This document shows positions 39,401 through 48,672 of a stretch of 64,000 bases of DNA, one piece after another. The notes below the pieces were generated by a model that was not told the origin of the DNA, did not search any database, and saw nothing but the letters and a program-made list of their open reading frames with translations. The stretch's first letter is position 1, and every line of letters begins with the position of its first letter. A program made the position numbers and the translations under genes. The DNA is taken from contig NC_052154.1 in assembly GCF_902713615.1 (NCBI RefSeq), forward strand, positions 25,179,394 through 25,243,393, given 5' to 3'. The DNA comes from Scyliorhinus canicula (Eukaryota).

Positions 39401-41902
39401 CATATAACAAGCACTTAATTCCAGGGATCATTCTTGTGAACCTCCTCTGGACCCTTTCCAAGGCCAGCACACCCTCCCTTAGATATGGGGCTCAAAGACT
39501 GCTCACAATACTCCAAATGGGGTCTGACCAGAGCCTTATACAGCCTCAGAAGTACATCCCTGCTCCTATATTCTTGCCCTCGCCACATGAATGATAACAT
39601 TGCATTTGCCTTGGCTCCACCCAGCAATGACGTCATCTCCCCACGCTTAAAAACATATTAACTCTGTAGGCTGAAAGCACAGTAACTCCCCAGGGACTTT
39701 ACCCAGTCAAAGCACGGGATTGAAAACCACATTCCTCTGGTCAATTTCACCTTCTGGTTCCTAAAGGCTCTCAGGCCCTGCAAAACAAAATACTTAAAAC
39801 AAACACGACTCCTTCTGCACTGTAGGGGTTCTTTGATTCCATGCTCCTATGTCTTGAGCTTTTGCACCAATGGCAGCCAACAGTGAGAGGTCTTTCTTTG
39901 CCTGCAAGCCACCCTTAAACATTTCACTTTTTAATTCTAAAGTTTTATATTTTCGTTTCACTTCTGACACAAATCAGATCCACCTTCTGTCATCTACCAC
40001 CACCAGTAAAAAAACATCAAAGACTATCCAAAGAAGTAGTTATTCATCTATTGCTGCTCTTGTAATGTTAGTTGAACCAGTCACTGCTCTCGCAACAACA
40101 GTACAGGCCTCGGATAAATGAAATTCTACTTTATCTGGGGACCACCAAATAAAACCTGAACTCAATCTTTTGAGTGGGTTCTTTACTCCACAGCTTATTA
40201 CAGTGCGCCGTTACACAGATGGAGAAAAGCTGGTTAGTGACAAAACATCCACGAGAAACAAAATAACACGCATCAGATTACACTGAGTTCATCTGATGTT
40301 CAACAACTTTCAAATCCAAATTTTAAAAAAATAAATTTAGAGTACCCAATTCATTTTTCCCAATTCGGGGGCAATTTAGTGTGGCCAATCTACCTAGCCT
40401 GCACACCTTTGGGTTGTGGGGGCAAAACCCACGCAAACACGGGGAGAATGTGCAAACACCACACAAACCGTGACCCAGAGCCGGGATTGGACCTGGGACC
40501 TCGGTGCCGTGTGGCCGCAATGCTAACCACATGCTGCCCTTTTTCAAATCCAAATTAGTGCAATCTCTCTCGTTCAGCCGTGCCGACATTCTTCCACCTG
40601 GGCCTTTGACAACCCTTCATTGAAAACTAATCGACATTTAGATTTTGCAAGCAGATTAAGCATACTTGTTATGTGCTCAATGAGGAATGCACACCTAAAG
40701 GACAGAGACAAAGAGAGAATGTCTGTAACTGCCTTGCTATTTAACATTTTCCCATATGGAAATAGGTAAATGGTGTTCTATAGCAACATACCATTTTCAA
40801 AAGTGAAACTATGGAGCAGCGACATCCCATCAAACCAGTGGTTGTAGATAGTGTCTCCAACTTTGTGCATGCCAGGTCCATTTCGAATGAGCGTCCCGTG
40901 CAGCCATTGTGGAATTTGACCTATTTTCATTTAAAATAATGAGTTAAATGTATCTGTATTTACAGCAATGGTGCCGATCACAATTCAATGCAATGTCAGT
41001 AATGCCTTGTGCATTTTCAACTCGTGAGCTGCAGCTGAATCTAAACACCTTTCCAAAGTCGCAACTTCAATTCAAATTTCACAAGAAGCTTCCTGATGTT
41101 CTAAAAGACCCAGTGTCACCAGACCAGAATGACGAGGCAGTCCAGGGACGACTCACTGATGCATGACTGCATGATCCCCCCAAAAAAATCTAACATCGTT
41201 AGATCAATGTGTGTGTCAGGAGATCATTTTACAGAAGTATAAATATTGCAGAATCCAAGACCCAAAAACAGCCCAACTTGCAGGCGGATGTGAACAAGCG
41301 GTAAAGTGAAGTCAACTCCTCCCAACTGCGTGTTGTTGATACAGTTTCGGTTCCACACAGCAGGAAGGAAAAACAATCCTCCTTCGAGGGGAGAGGAGGG
41401 TCTCAATCCGGTTAGCTTTTTTTTAAGGGGAGGGGGGTATCCTATGAGGTCTTGACTCCTCATTCACACTGGCCATGGCTCGTCCTGCGCCACCAAAATG
41501 CACAAAGTAAACATTTGACCAGTTTTGGTCCTGGCTGTGCACGGAGCTCTTACAGGGAGGTTGGGAAGGTCGCAGTTATTTTTCCCAACCAGACACAGAC
41601 AAACATTAATATTTCAGGATTTGATCAAACCCGGTTATCCTGTGGGGGAAGTTGCAGTGATTTAAACTGCGGTGGACCAAGTGGCCTAATTCTGCTCCTA
41701 TGTCTTATTAACCGATTAATTGCGATTGGTCATTTCCACTGCTTGATTTGTTACTCAAACCCCCAAATGATTTGCAGAAAGCGGTTGACATCTAACGGGA
41801 CGATTCTGGGTTACACTGTAATGAACAATAGGTCTCACCTTGAATGTCTGCTTTGATTGGTTCTGGATTTTCTCTTTTGTTGTCTGTGAAGAGCGATTGC
41901 AT
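2107..41902 (-). CDS. BCO1: Beta-carotene 15,15'-oxygenase (BCO1 or BCO1-like), 11 coding exons, 528 aa: join(41902-41839,40920-40792,37383-37254,26787-26640,25522-25375,23903-23686,18746-18480,15213-15108,12641-12547,9224-9113,2276-2107)
   Basis: Exons assembled by hand. All introns are GT-AG and phases are consistent (64+129+130+148+148+218+267+106+95+112+170=1587 nt). Translation begins [38 protein letters not shown]...NHWFDGM...[19 protein letters not shown]. The four carotenoid-oxygenase His ligands occur in TSHPH, YYHSFG, VYHHAN and LDLHG. BCO1 versus BCO1-like orthology is not resolved. Confidence 0.93.
2471..3908. mobile_element. Older Harbinger-type MITE (with secondary insertions)
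   Basis: GAGTGGAATTTAATG ... CATTAAATTTCACCC; TSD AAC/AAT; splits a Penelope-type repeat (CAGAGTTAAC|GTTTC). Confidence 0.65.
5037..5707. mobile_element. Harbinger-type MITE (671 bp)
   Basis: Ends GGGCGTCATTCTC ... GGAGAATCCCGGCC; TSD CGT/TGT; GC-rich; homologous to 33208-33877. Confidence 0.85.
6055..6283. mobile_element. Truncated MITE fragment
   Basis: Right end GGCGTCAACTCTTAG...GGGAATCCCGCCC matches the right ends at 14844 and 26014; left end unclear. Confidence 0.5.
7120..9030 (+). mobile_element. Nested CR1 LINE 3' fragments with an inserted SINE and a REX1-like LINE tail
   Basis: [19 protein letters not shown]-type CR1 C-termini occur twice (nested); SINE at 8055-8270 with a CATTCA(C/T)TTC duplication. 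Confidence 0.75.
8055..8270 (+). mobile_element. tRNA-derived SINE (V-SINE/HE1-like short form)
   Basis: A box TGGCGCAGCATT, B box GGTTCAATCCC, body TGTGGAGTTTGCACATTCTCCCCGTG; multiple copies in window. Confidence 0.85.
9113..9224 (-). CDS. BCO1: BCO1 exon 10 ([38 protein letters not shown])
   Basis: CAG acceptor, GTAACG donor; 112 nt; EPVFV...EDDG motif. Confidence 0.95.
10429..11212. mobile_element. Harbinger-type MITE, second subfamily (784 bp)
   Basis: GGGCACGATCTAA ... TTAAATCGTACCC; TSD CAA. Confidence 0.8.
11236..12277 (-). mobile_element. SINE (-) interrupted by a solo LTR and by a second SINE (+, ~11982-12197)
   Basis: SINE pieces 11236-11460, 11944-11980, 12203-12277; TCACCCAA(G/T)GTC duplicated around the inner SINE. 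Confidence 0.8.
11461..11938 (+). mobile_element. Solo LTR (478 bp) nested in a SINE
   Basis: TG...CA ends; 5-bp TSD GGGGA/GGCGA; CCAAT (~11596) and TATATAAAA (~11656); host SINE sequence resumes at 11944. Confidence 0.75.
12547..12641 (-). CDS. BCO1: BCO1 exon 9 ([31 protein letters not shown])
   Basis: CAG acceptor, GTAGAA donor; 95 nt; ELPRINY motif. Confidence 0.95.
13253..13440 (+). mobile_element. tRNA-derived SINE (different head)
   Basis: GGGGCTGGTTTAGCAC head; tail ACAGTAACTTCA..GAAGCCTACT.GTGACAATAA shared with the SINEs at 48385, 50670 and 62350. Confidence 0.7.
13963..14844. mobile_element. Harbinger-type MITE (~880 bp)
   Basis: GGGCAGGATTCTCC ... GGAGAATCCCGCCC; TSD ambiguous by one base (CTG/TG). 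Confidence 0.85.
15108..15213 (-). CDS. BCO1: BCO1 exon 8 ([21 protein letters not shown]...[10 protein letters not shown])
   Basis: TAG acceptor, GTAACA donor; 106 nt. Confidence 0.93.
15640..17275 (+). mobile_element. 5'-truncated CR1-group LINE (L2/Crack-like), RT to 3' tail, frameshifted
   Basis: [50 protein letters not shown](=FADD), ILGVTID. Confidence 0.85.
18480..18746 (-). CDS. BCO1: BCO1 exon 7 ([12 protein letters not shown]...[17 protein letters not shown]...KRFAIP)
   Basis: CAG acceptor, GTAAAA donor; 267 nt open frame. Confidence 0.95.
19586..19810 (+). mobile_element. tRNA-derived SINE
   Basis: Same family as 8055-8270; TAAAGAACAAGGT duplication flanks it. Confidence 0.85.
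20152..20492 (+). mobile_element. tRNA-derived SINE (full HE1-like form with CR1-type tail)
   Basis: A/B boxes, GGGTTTCCTCCGGGTGCTC central domain, GATGGGCCGAATGGCCT tail. Confidence 0.85.
20900..22620 (+). mobile_element. Old CR1 LINE remnant (ORF1 end plus endonuclease/RT fragments)
   Basis: [14 protein letters not shown]...REGVN* resembles the CR1 ORF1 esterase end; ESIWLELRN; LIEFFDEV. Confidence 0.6.
22728..23278. mobile_element. Older MITE with GGGCGGAA termini
   Basis: GGGCGGAACCTT ... AAGCTTCCGCCC; TSD not preserved. Confidence 0.55.
23402..23600 (+). mobile_element. tRNA-derived SINE
   Basis: Same family as 8055; ATGTTTATCAAAAGT duplication flanks it. Confidence 0.85.
23686..23903 (-). 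CDS. BCO1: BCO1 exon 6 (...[24 protein letters not shown]...)
   Basis: CAG acceptor, GTAATC donor; 218 nt; matches ORF 23617..23949. Confidence 0.95.
24745..25360 (+). mobile_element. CR1 LINE 3' ends
   Basis: [28 protein letters not shown]; ATGGGCCAAATGGCCT tail. Confidence 0.75.
25375..25522 (-). CDS. BCO1: BCO1 exon 5 ([19 protein letters not shown]...NMGTS)
   Basis: TAG acceptor, GTAATT donor; 148 nt; first Fe-ligand His. Confidence 0.95.
25641..26014. mobile_element. Harbinger-type MITE (374 bp)
   Basis: GGGCTAGTATTCTCC ... GGAGAATCCGGCCC; TSD ATT. Confidence 0.85.
26640..26787 (-). CDS. BCO1: BCO1 exon 4 ([21 protein letters not shown]...ETLEK)
   Basis: CAG acceptor, GTGAGA donor; 148 nt; matches ORF 26595..26810. 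Confidence 0.95.
27134..29350 (+). pseudogene. Harbinger Myb/SANT-like (trihelix) DNA-binding partner gene, 3 exons join(27134-27370,27633-27789,27966-29350), ~592 codons, with in-frame premature TAG at 28796-28798
   Basis: Exon 1 [27 protein letters not shown]...[29 protein letters not shown] is a Myb/SANT-like domain. Splice sites AGG|GTAAGT, CAG|GCC, CAA|GTGAGA, TAG|GAC keep frame into ORF 28052..28798. ORF 28820..29350 continues in the same frame after the TAG. Confidence 0.85.
29896..31245 (-). CDS. Harbinger (HARBI1-like, DDE_Tnp_4) transposase, 449 aa, intact
   Basis: Uninterrupted ORF with the HTH-like region ([12 protein letters not shown]...[11 protein letters not shown]) and catalytic motifs [53 protein letters not shown]. 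Two poly-Glu tracts. Confidence 0.95.
   Translation of the reverse strand: MHGNRTAMFCAVVGAALLDLEMQQHPHPQPAVAAGPAAAAEGRAEELPVVEQHGGGEEEEEEEEEEEEERVRVQPRRQRRRPKPRVCRVRVSFLTMPDITCRRRLRLSRQTVIHICELLSHLAPCGTGGGHAIPVAIKVTVALNFYATGSFQSPSGDVSGISQSSVHRCIRDVTDALYAIADRYITFPEDRASQDSRARGFASVAGIPRVQGSIDCVHVPMRPPAVDRDVFTNRRGTYSINVQVVCDPHMRFMNVCARFPGSVHDSYILAQSFIPAMFEGRPPRLRGWLLGDRGYPLRSWLMTPIRRPQTNAETRYNEAHAATRGVVERCLGLLKMRFRCLDRSGGALQYQADRVARIVVVCCALHNIAMQRGDDLLQEAEGEASGSGASTEEEEEEEEEEEEEDAGGVAGAARRHDPGAGDVQEAARRTRQGRRARDAMVAARFTHRM
31578..31890. repeat. 21-bp minisatellite (CCGTCTCCCCCACTGCCCCCT) x ~14-15 inside the Harbinger element
   Basis: Direct tandem array; source of the spurious PPPSPPL / SVSPTAP / GAVGETE ORFs. 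Confidence 0.95.
32445..35980 (+). mobile_element. Degenerate, internally deleted L1/Tx1-clade LINE
   Basis: 5' GGGACTTCCGGTGG start. ORF1 remnants ([25 protein letters not shown]), endonuclease remnants (GRDFNC, ISDHAP), C-terminal [15 protein letters not shown] plus A-tail; AAGGAATG duplicated at both ends. Confidence 0.8.
33208..33877. mobile_element. Harbinger-type MITE (670 bp) inserted in L1-like ORF1
   Basis: Perfect TIR GGGCGGGATTCT/AGAATCCCGCCC; TSD CAC; removing it rejoins ORF1 (AKLH|KFH). Confidence 0.9.
36400..37192 (+). mobile_element. Old CR1 LINE 3' fragment
   Basis: LVRPQFECC-like RT C-terminus and GGGCTGAATGGCCTCCTTCTG tail. Confidence 0.6.
37254..37383 (-). CDS. BCO1: BCO1 exon 3 ([14 protein letters not shown]...[19 protein letters not shown])
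   Basis: TAG acceptor, GTAAGT donor; 130 nt; PDPCK motif. Confidence 0.95.
37766..37970 (-). mobile_element. tRNA-derived SINE
   Basis: Reverse complement of the 8055 family; GACATCCCTTTCT duplication. Confidence 0.85.
38978..39610 (-). mobile_element. CR1 LINE 3' fragment
   Basis: KANAMLSF...[15 protein letters not shown] (ORF 39415..39636); same family as 7921-8890. Confidence 0.8.
40323..40540 (-). mobile_element. tRNA-derived SINE
   Basis: Reverse complement of the 8055 family; TTTTCAAATCCAAATT duplication. Confidence 0.85.
40792..40920 (-). CDS. BCO1: BCO1 exon 2 ([43 protein letters not shown])
   Basis: AG at 40922-40921, GT at 40791; 129 nt; RNGPG and HWFDG motifs. Confidence 0.95.
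41839..41902 (-). CDS. BCO1: BCO1 coding exon 1 ([22 protein letters not shown])
   Basis: ATG at 41902, donor GTGAGA at 41838; 64 nt. Confidence 0.9.
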
Positions 41903-42289
41903 TGTGACAGCAGCGCTGGCTTCCGTGTCTGAGCTGCCCCAACTTTCTCTCTAAATAAGACCAGACTCAACCTGCTGGGAGAGAGAGAGCGCCACCAAAC
42001 TGCAGGGTGCGTTTTACCCGCTTACACACACTGCACTGCTGACCTAATGTGGAGGAAAGGACAAAACACAGCTCCTTACAGTTTAGTTGGAAAGTGAAAG
42101 CACGCTTCAAAACACAGTGAAAGCTTGTTTTCTCCCCACATTAAACAAGAAATAGAGTGATCTGGTGAGTTTTCTCTTTGCCACATTATTCCTAGCACAC
42201 GATTTCAAAATCGACTGTCCGAATTTAAGGAGCAGTTTTACATGAAATGCAACCTGTTAGCAAATCGAAGGCTCACTTCAGAGACCTGT

Positions 42290-42550
42290 CGACCCATCAA
42301 GTCGGCACCACCCCACTTCCTCGCAACCCCTTAACCCCACCTAACCTTTGGACACTGAGGGGCAATTTCTCATGGCCAATCCCCCTAATCTGCACATCTT
42401 TGGAATGTGGAAGGAAACCGGAGCACCGGGAAGAAACCCGCACAGATACGGGGAGAACCTGCAAACTCTGCCCAGTCACCCAAGGTCGGAATCGAACCCT
42501 GGTCCCTGGCACTGTGAGGCAGCAGTGGTATCCACTGTGCCACCGTCTTG
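42290..42550 (-). mobile_element. tRNA-derived SINE ~400 bp upstream of the BCO1 ATG
   Basis: Reverse-complement SINE body and B box. Confidence 0.8.
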
Positions 42551-42996
42551 CTCATTTTCCCAGCACCGACTCGCTGGGCCGAATGGTCTCCTTCTGTGCT
42601 GGTCTGACTTCTTAACGTAGATAAATTGATCTGATCAAATTTCCAATCCTGTTGATGTCCTATTCACGCTTCAAATATTTAAAAAAATTGTTGAGATGTC
42701 AAAATTCCTGTTTAGAGACAGGTTACTTCCAAACTCATCTTCACGATTGAGTGAGAGAAAAACAAATGAAGATTCTTGTACAACAAAGCACCGGAACAGC
42801 TAAAACAAGAAAAAACTGTTTACCTATCTGGCTCTCTGATATTTGTCACTTAAAAGCCTCGGTTGTGACAGTTCGACACGGATTCTCCAGCTGAAACCCA
42901 GGGCAGTGGAGATAAATGTTGATCAAGTTCTTTATACGTAATGAATGATGGTACTTTGAACGTCAACAGTAGCAGATTGATTATGTTGGCAGATTA

Positions 42997-43304
42997 TAGG
43001 GCTGCCAACACTCCAGGATTGGCTTGGAGTCCCCAGGAATTGAAGGCCACTCTCTCGAATGCCGCTATGTGCAACCCAGGAGAAAAACATCATGGGGCGT
43101 TAAAAAGTATTATTTTATGCTTCATTTTCTTTGAACATTTGCCGTTACCAGATCTAAAAATATTGAAAACGGAAAAGAAAACAGGAAAAGAAACCTGCTG
43201 TTTGGTTGACAGTCAAGCATCGTTCAATTGGCCTTGGAAGGCATAATGTGGAGAGTTGGTGGTGGAACTTCCAGGAATACCTCTAATCGCAGTTGGCAAC
43301 CCTA
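42997..43304. mobile_element. Short non-autonomous DNA transposon (hAT-like termini), ~1.1 kb upstream of the BCO1 ATG
   Basis: TIR TAGGGCTGCCAAC / GTTGGCAACCCTA; TSD not recognisable. Confidence 0.6.
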
Positions 43305-45029
43305 TTCACATAAACTGGTCAAATAGACCTGAAGATGAGAGTTCAAGTACAAGCACTGGATCTCGGATGGGAAATTTAAATTCAGTTAATTAAATAAAGT
43401 ATAGAAATATAAATCTAAAGGTAAGAACTAGTGGGGGGGGGGGGTCAAGTGATGTAAGCACCAGGAGCGGCTGCGTTTCTGTGAGCTGGACTCCAGCCAT
43501 TGGAAATCCTATTGATTATCCTGGCTGATTCAGGGAGACTGGTCCAGACAAGGAGTGGGTCATGCGTCCGTTCTCTTGTGAGGAGTTGGAGGATGGAGGG
43601 GGGGGAACGAGTTCCTGACCGATTTTGAAAGTTGGCTGCCATGCTTTCGTAATCTCGATTTGAAGGCTGAGAGTTTCAGGTTTGACGGAGCACATTGTAT
43701 CCTGTCTTTGAGGCCTGGGGTGACTTGGAGACCCAGTCCACTGGTCTTATGTTGTCCTCTCCTCTATGCTCGTTGTGAGGGGTTGGAGGCAGCTGGACTT
43801 GTCAAGTCATCCCCTCTTGCTGGCGTCGACGATACTCGCAGTCTGGGTGTCGGGGAGACGGCATGGTGGAGGTAAGGCATTTCGTTTGATGGAACTTTGG
43901 AGGAACCTTGATGATCCTGTCATGGCTTTGGCTTTTCCGAGCTCCACAGATGGTGTTATTATCCTGCAGTTCATCAATAATCCTGAACTTTGTTCCCTTG
44001 AGATTATGCTGTTGATTTCATGTTATTGTCTTTTTCTGACGAGTGTGCGATATATCAGCACAGAGGGTAAGGATTGCTGTTATCCTGTTTTGGTACTGAG
44101 TAACGGTTTGTACACAGTCTGGTCATTTTTAATGTACTGCAATCCTTGCATTTATGAAGAGAGAATGCATTTTAAACACTCCTCCCCTCGCTTATAGAGA
44201 AGATTAATAGAGCCACGGTTGGGTGGTGGGTGAATGGTGGGTGGTAGGGTTAGATAAGCTCTTACTTGGATTGAGGAAAGCCCCCAGTTAAAGATATCTG
44301 TATCGGGTTTGCATTTTGTATTTTTGTTACTTTGATTCTTGAGAACCCTTGCTTATCTCCTATGAAAGCCCGGAGAGATCAGGTAGATTGTTCTTTGTGG
44401 TTGCCATCTGTGGGGTTGTTGGGAGTCTGTGGGGTTGTTGGAGTGCAGGGAAATGTGTGATGGCACATGCCTGGGTGTGGTCGGTTAATCCTTGTTCTAT
44501 TTGTTGGAGTGAGAGTCTGAATACTATGGATCTGCGTGTTGGAGCTCTTCTTCAGTTTGAGGGTAGACTGGATGGGGAGATAGGCACCCTCCTCCAAGTG
44601 GTCTTATATGGTGGCTTCCTGCATGCCCTCCTCGTCGTGGTCGGGTCTTCCATGTTTTTGCCTCTGTTGAGGCAGCGCTGCTCTGTCCCCTAGTGTCTGT
44701 TTTGTAATGGTGTATAGTGCTGGTCTGTCTGGCATTCTTTGAATAATCCTGGCATTCCTCTCTTAATGGGGTTTCTTCTCCTTATCTGTGTATTCAGCAT
44801 GTTTTTGAAGACCCTGATTGGGTTTATTGGGTTACAGGAGATTTCTGTATAGTTGGTTAACGTATCGGGGTGGTGGGGGGTGGGAAAAGATTGATGGATG
44901 TCTTGATGATTCTTCTTTTCCAAGGTGATGGGGTCTCTGCAGTTGAGGATGACGTGATTCTTCGAGTGTCAGTGGGGTTGTGCGCTGCTTTGGGTGTGGT
45001 TAGTGAGGCCGGTTGGGTGATGAGTCTTG

Positions 45030-45292
45030 GCACATCCTCCCCGTGTGTGCGTGGGTTTCCTCCGGGTGCTCCGGTTTCCTCCCACAGTCCAAAGATGTGC
45101 AGGTTAGGTGGATTGGCCATGATAAATTTCCCTTAGTGTTCAAAATTGCCCTTGGTGTTGGGTGGGGTTGCTAGGTTATGGGGATGGGGTGGAGGTGTTG
45201 ACCTTGGGTAGGGTGCTCTTTCCAAGAGCCAGTGCCGACTCGATGGGCTGAATGGCCTCCTTCTGCACTGTAAATTCTATGATAATTCTATG
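45030..45292 (+). mobile_element. 5'-truncated SINE
   Basis: Body and tail match the 20152-20492 family. Confidence 0.8.
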
Positions 45293-45789
45293 ATGTGCTG
45301 GGTATCCTGGGGCACTACCTCCTATGTGCAAGAGTGTGCGGGATTGAGCCAGGTCCTGTACTGTTGCTGACATCTGTTTGTCGCTTATGCTTGGGACGCT
45401 CCTTCTTAATTAGGCTGCCCTGAGAGGCTGAGCATCGACACGTTCTGAGTATCCTTGGTTTAATGACTCCTAGGTACTCAAGGGTGTAGGTCCAGGCCAG
45501 GTCCTGTACCGTGGTTAGTATCCTATAGCGCCTTTATGTTTGGGAGGTTTCTTTTTAGCCGGGATGTTGTGAGGCTGTGAGGATTTGAATGAGCAGCCTT
45601 TTCTCTTCTTTGTCTTCAGTGGTGGGCACGTGTCAGAGGATCATGGCATAATGGCAGCACCCTGGTCCTTTCTATCCTGATATACTCGACTCCTGCTAGT
45701 TTTCCTTTTTTAACTTGACTCGGTTAGTTCATTGGGAGGCCTTGACCAAACTGGCTATAATCCCAAATCAATTGCATTAGTATTTAGAG

Positions 45790-48065
45790 TCATAGGTGTT
45801 CACAGCATGGAAACAGGCCCTTTGGCCCAGCGTGTCCATGCCACCCAGTTTCTATCATTGGGCCCAGCTTGTCCATGCCACCCAGTTTCTATCATTGGGC
45901 CCAGCTTGTCCATGCCACCCAGTTTCTATCACTAAGCTAGTCTCACTTGCCCGCATTTGGCCCATATCCCTCTATTCCCACCCTGCCCATGTAACTAACT
46001 TTTTTTAAAGGAAAAATTGTACCTGTCCCTACTACTGCCTCTGGCAGCCCATTCCAGATGCTCACCACCCTCTGTGTGAAGAAATTTCCCCTCTGGTCTC
46101 TTTTGTATCTCTCCCCTCTCGCCTTCAAGCTATGCCTTCTAGTTATAGACTCCTCTACCTTTGGGAAAAGATGTTGACTTATCTATGCCCCTCATTATTT
46201 TATAAACCTCTGTAAGATCACCCCTATGCCTCCTATGCTCCAGGGAAAAAAGTCCCAGCCTATCAATCTTCTCCTTATATCTCAGACCATTAAGTCCTGG
46301 TAGCATCCTCGTAAATCTCTTCTGCACTCTTTCTAGTTTAACAATATCCTCCTTCCTACAATAAGGTGACCAGAACTGAACACAGATTCCATGTGTGGTC
46401 TGACTAATGTCTTGTACAACTTCAACAAAGCATCCCAACTCCTGTATTCAATATGCTGACCAATAAAACCTAGCATGCTGAATGCCTTCTTCACCACCTT
46501 GTCCACTGCGACTCCACCTTCAAGGAGCTATGAACCTGTACCCCTAGATCCCTTTGTTCTGTAACTTTCCCCAACTCCCTGATTTGATCTACCAAAATGC
46601 ATCAGCTCACATTTATCCAAATTAAACTCCATCTGCCATTCATCGGCCCGCTGGCCCAATTGGTCAAGATCCTGTTGCAATCTTATATAACCTTCTTCTC
46701 TATCCACTATGCCACCAATCTTGGTGTCATCTGCAAACTAACTAACCGTGCCTCCCACAATCTCATCCAAATCATGAATATATATAAAAAATAACAGTGG
46801 ACCCAGCACCGATCCCTGAGGCACACCGCTGGTCACAGGCCTTCAGTTTGAAAAACAACCCTCCACAACCACCCTTTGGCTTTGGTCGCCAGGCAAATTT
46901 TGGATCCAATCGACTATCTCATCCTGGATTCTGAGAGATTTAACCTTTTGCAACAACCTACCATGCGGTACCTTATCAAAGGCCCTGCTAAAGTCCGTGT
47001 AGACAACGTCGATTGCCCTCATCTACCTTCTTTGTTACCTCTTCAAAAAGCTCAATCAAATTGGTGAGACATGACTTTCCCCTTACAAAGCCATGCTGAC
47101 TTTCCCTAATTAGCCCTTTCATAAACCACTATAAGATCACCCCCTAAGCTTCCTACGCTCCAGGGAAAAAAGTCCCAGCCTATTCAGCCTCTCCTTATAG
47201 CTCAGGCCCCTTAATTAGCCCTTGCCTATCTAAATGCCTGTAGATCCTGTCCCTCAGAATACCTTCTAACAATTTTCCCACTACAGAAATAAGGCTAACC
47301 TGTCTGTAGTTCCCAGGCTTATCCCTACAGCTCTTCTTAAACAAAGGGCACAACATTTGCTACCCTACAATTTTCAGCACCTCTCCTGTTGCTGTCGATG
47401 ATGTAAATATCTCAGCTAGGGGCGGGCAATTTCCTCCCTAGCCTCCCACAATGTCCTGGGATACATTTCACCAGATCCCGGGGATTTATCTATCTTGAAG
47501 CACTTGAATACCTCCAGCACCACCTTCTCTATAATATATACACTCCTCAAGACATCACCTTTTACTTCCCCAATTTCCCTAACATTCATGTCTTTCTCAA
47601 CAGTAAACACGGATAGAAATATTCATTTAGGACCTCTCCCATCCCCTGTGGATCTGTACATAGCTGACCTTATTTATGCTTAAGAGGCCCTACCCTCTCC
47701 CTAGTCACCCTTTATGTATCTGTAAAAGCTCTTTGGATTTTCCTTTGCTTTATCTGCCAAGACAATCTCATGTCCCCCTTTTGCCCTCCTGATTTCTCTC
47801 TTAACTCTACTCCGACAAGCCCTATACTCTTCAAGGGACCCACTTGATCCCACCTGCCCGCCTAAGCATATCATATGCCTCCTTCTTCCTTTTGACTATG
47901 GCCTCAATATCCCGAGTCATCCAGGGTTCCCTCCTTTTACCCTTACCCTTCACTCTAAGAGGAACGTGCTCACCTTGAACCCGAATTAACACCTTTCTGA
48001 AAGATTCACACTTACCAGCTGTCCCCTTGCCTGCAAATAAGCACCCCCAATCAACTTTTGAAAGT
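45790..48065 (-). mobile_element. 5'-truncated CR1 LINE
   Basis: DKSPGSGEMYPRTLWEAREEI, LERVQKRFTRMLPGL, RGNFFTQRVVSIWNGLP. Confidence 0.85.
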
Positions 48066-48384
48066 TAATTTGCTAGTCCTATTGCTCTATAAACATGAGG
48101 AATGATGATCATCCTGTACTGCACCAGAGTCGTGTTTAGTCGTTTATGCAAAATATCCTTTTGGAACTGGTGGGTTGGAGATTTTTTCAGTAATTTCTTA
48201 TTTCTGTTATTGTGGGGTTAAAGAATCTGGAATTGGCTCCTGCAACGTTACAGGCAGGTTTAATGTCAGAGTGGAGGACATTATAGCGTGTTATTGATGC
48301 CTCTAGTGTGGCTGGAGTTGAGGGAGATATATTCTGGTGTGCACCTGATAAAGGTGCAAGGATCTTATCCTGAATTCAGTTATC

Positions 48385-48672
48385 TTTATTATTGTTACAA
48401 GTAGGCTTACATTAACACTGTAATGAAGTTACTGTGAAAATCCCCAAGTTGCCACACTCCGGCGCCTGTTTGGGTACACGGAGGGAGAATTCAGAATGTC
48501 CAATTCACCTAACAGCATGTCTTTCAGGACTTGCGGGATGAAACCGCAGACCCGGAGGAAACCCACGCACTGGGAGAACGTTCAGACTCTGCAGTGACCC
48601 AAGCCAGGAATCGAACCTGGGACCATGGCGCTGTGAAGCAACAGTGCTAACCACTGTGCTACCGTGCCACCC
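48385..48672 (-). mobile_element. tRNA-derived SINE
   Basis: Matches 62350-62660. Confidence 0.8.

Noticed and set aside
42051-42063. DR1/PPRE-like site (TGTCCTTTCCTCC on -) ~150 bp upstream of the BCO1 ATG
   Set aside because: Only one half-site fits the consensus; not supportable without conservation data.
45824-45931. CRISPR-like 37-bp repeats
   Set aside because: No spacers, eukaryotic context; simple tandem repeat.
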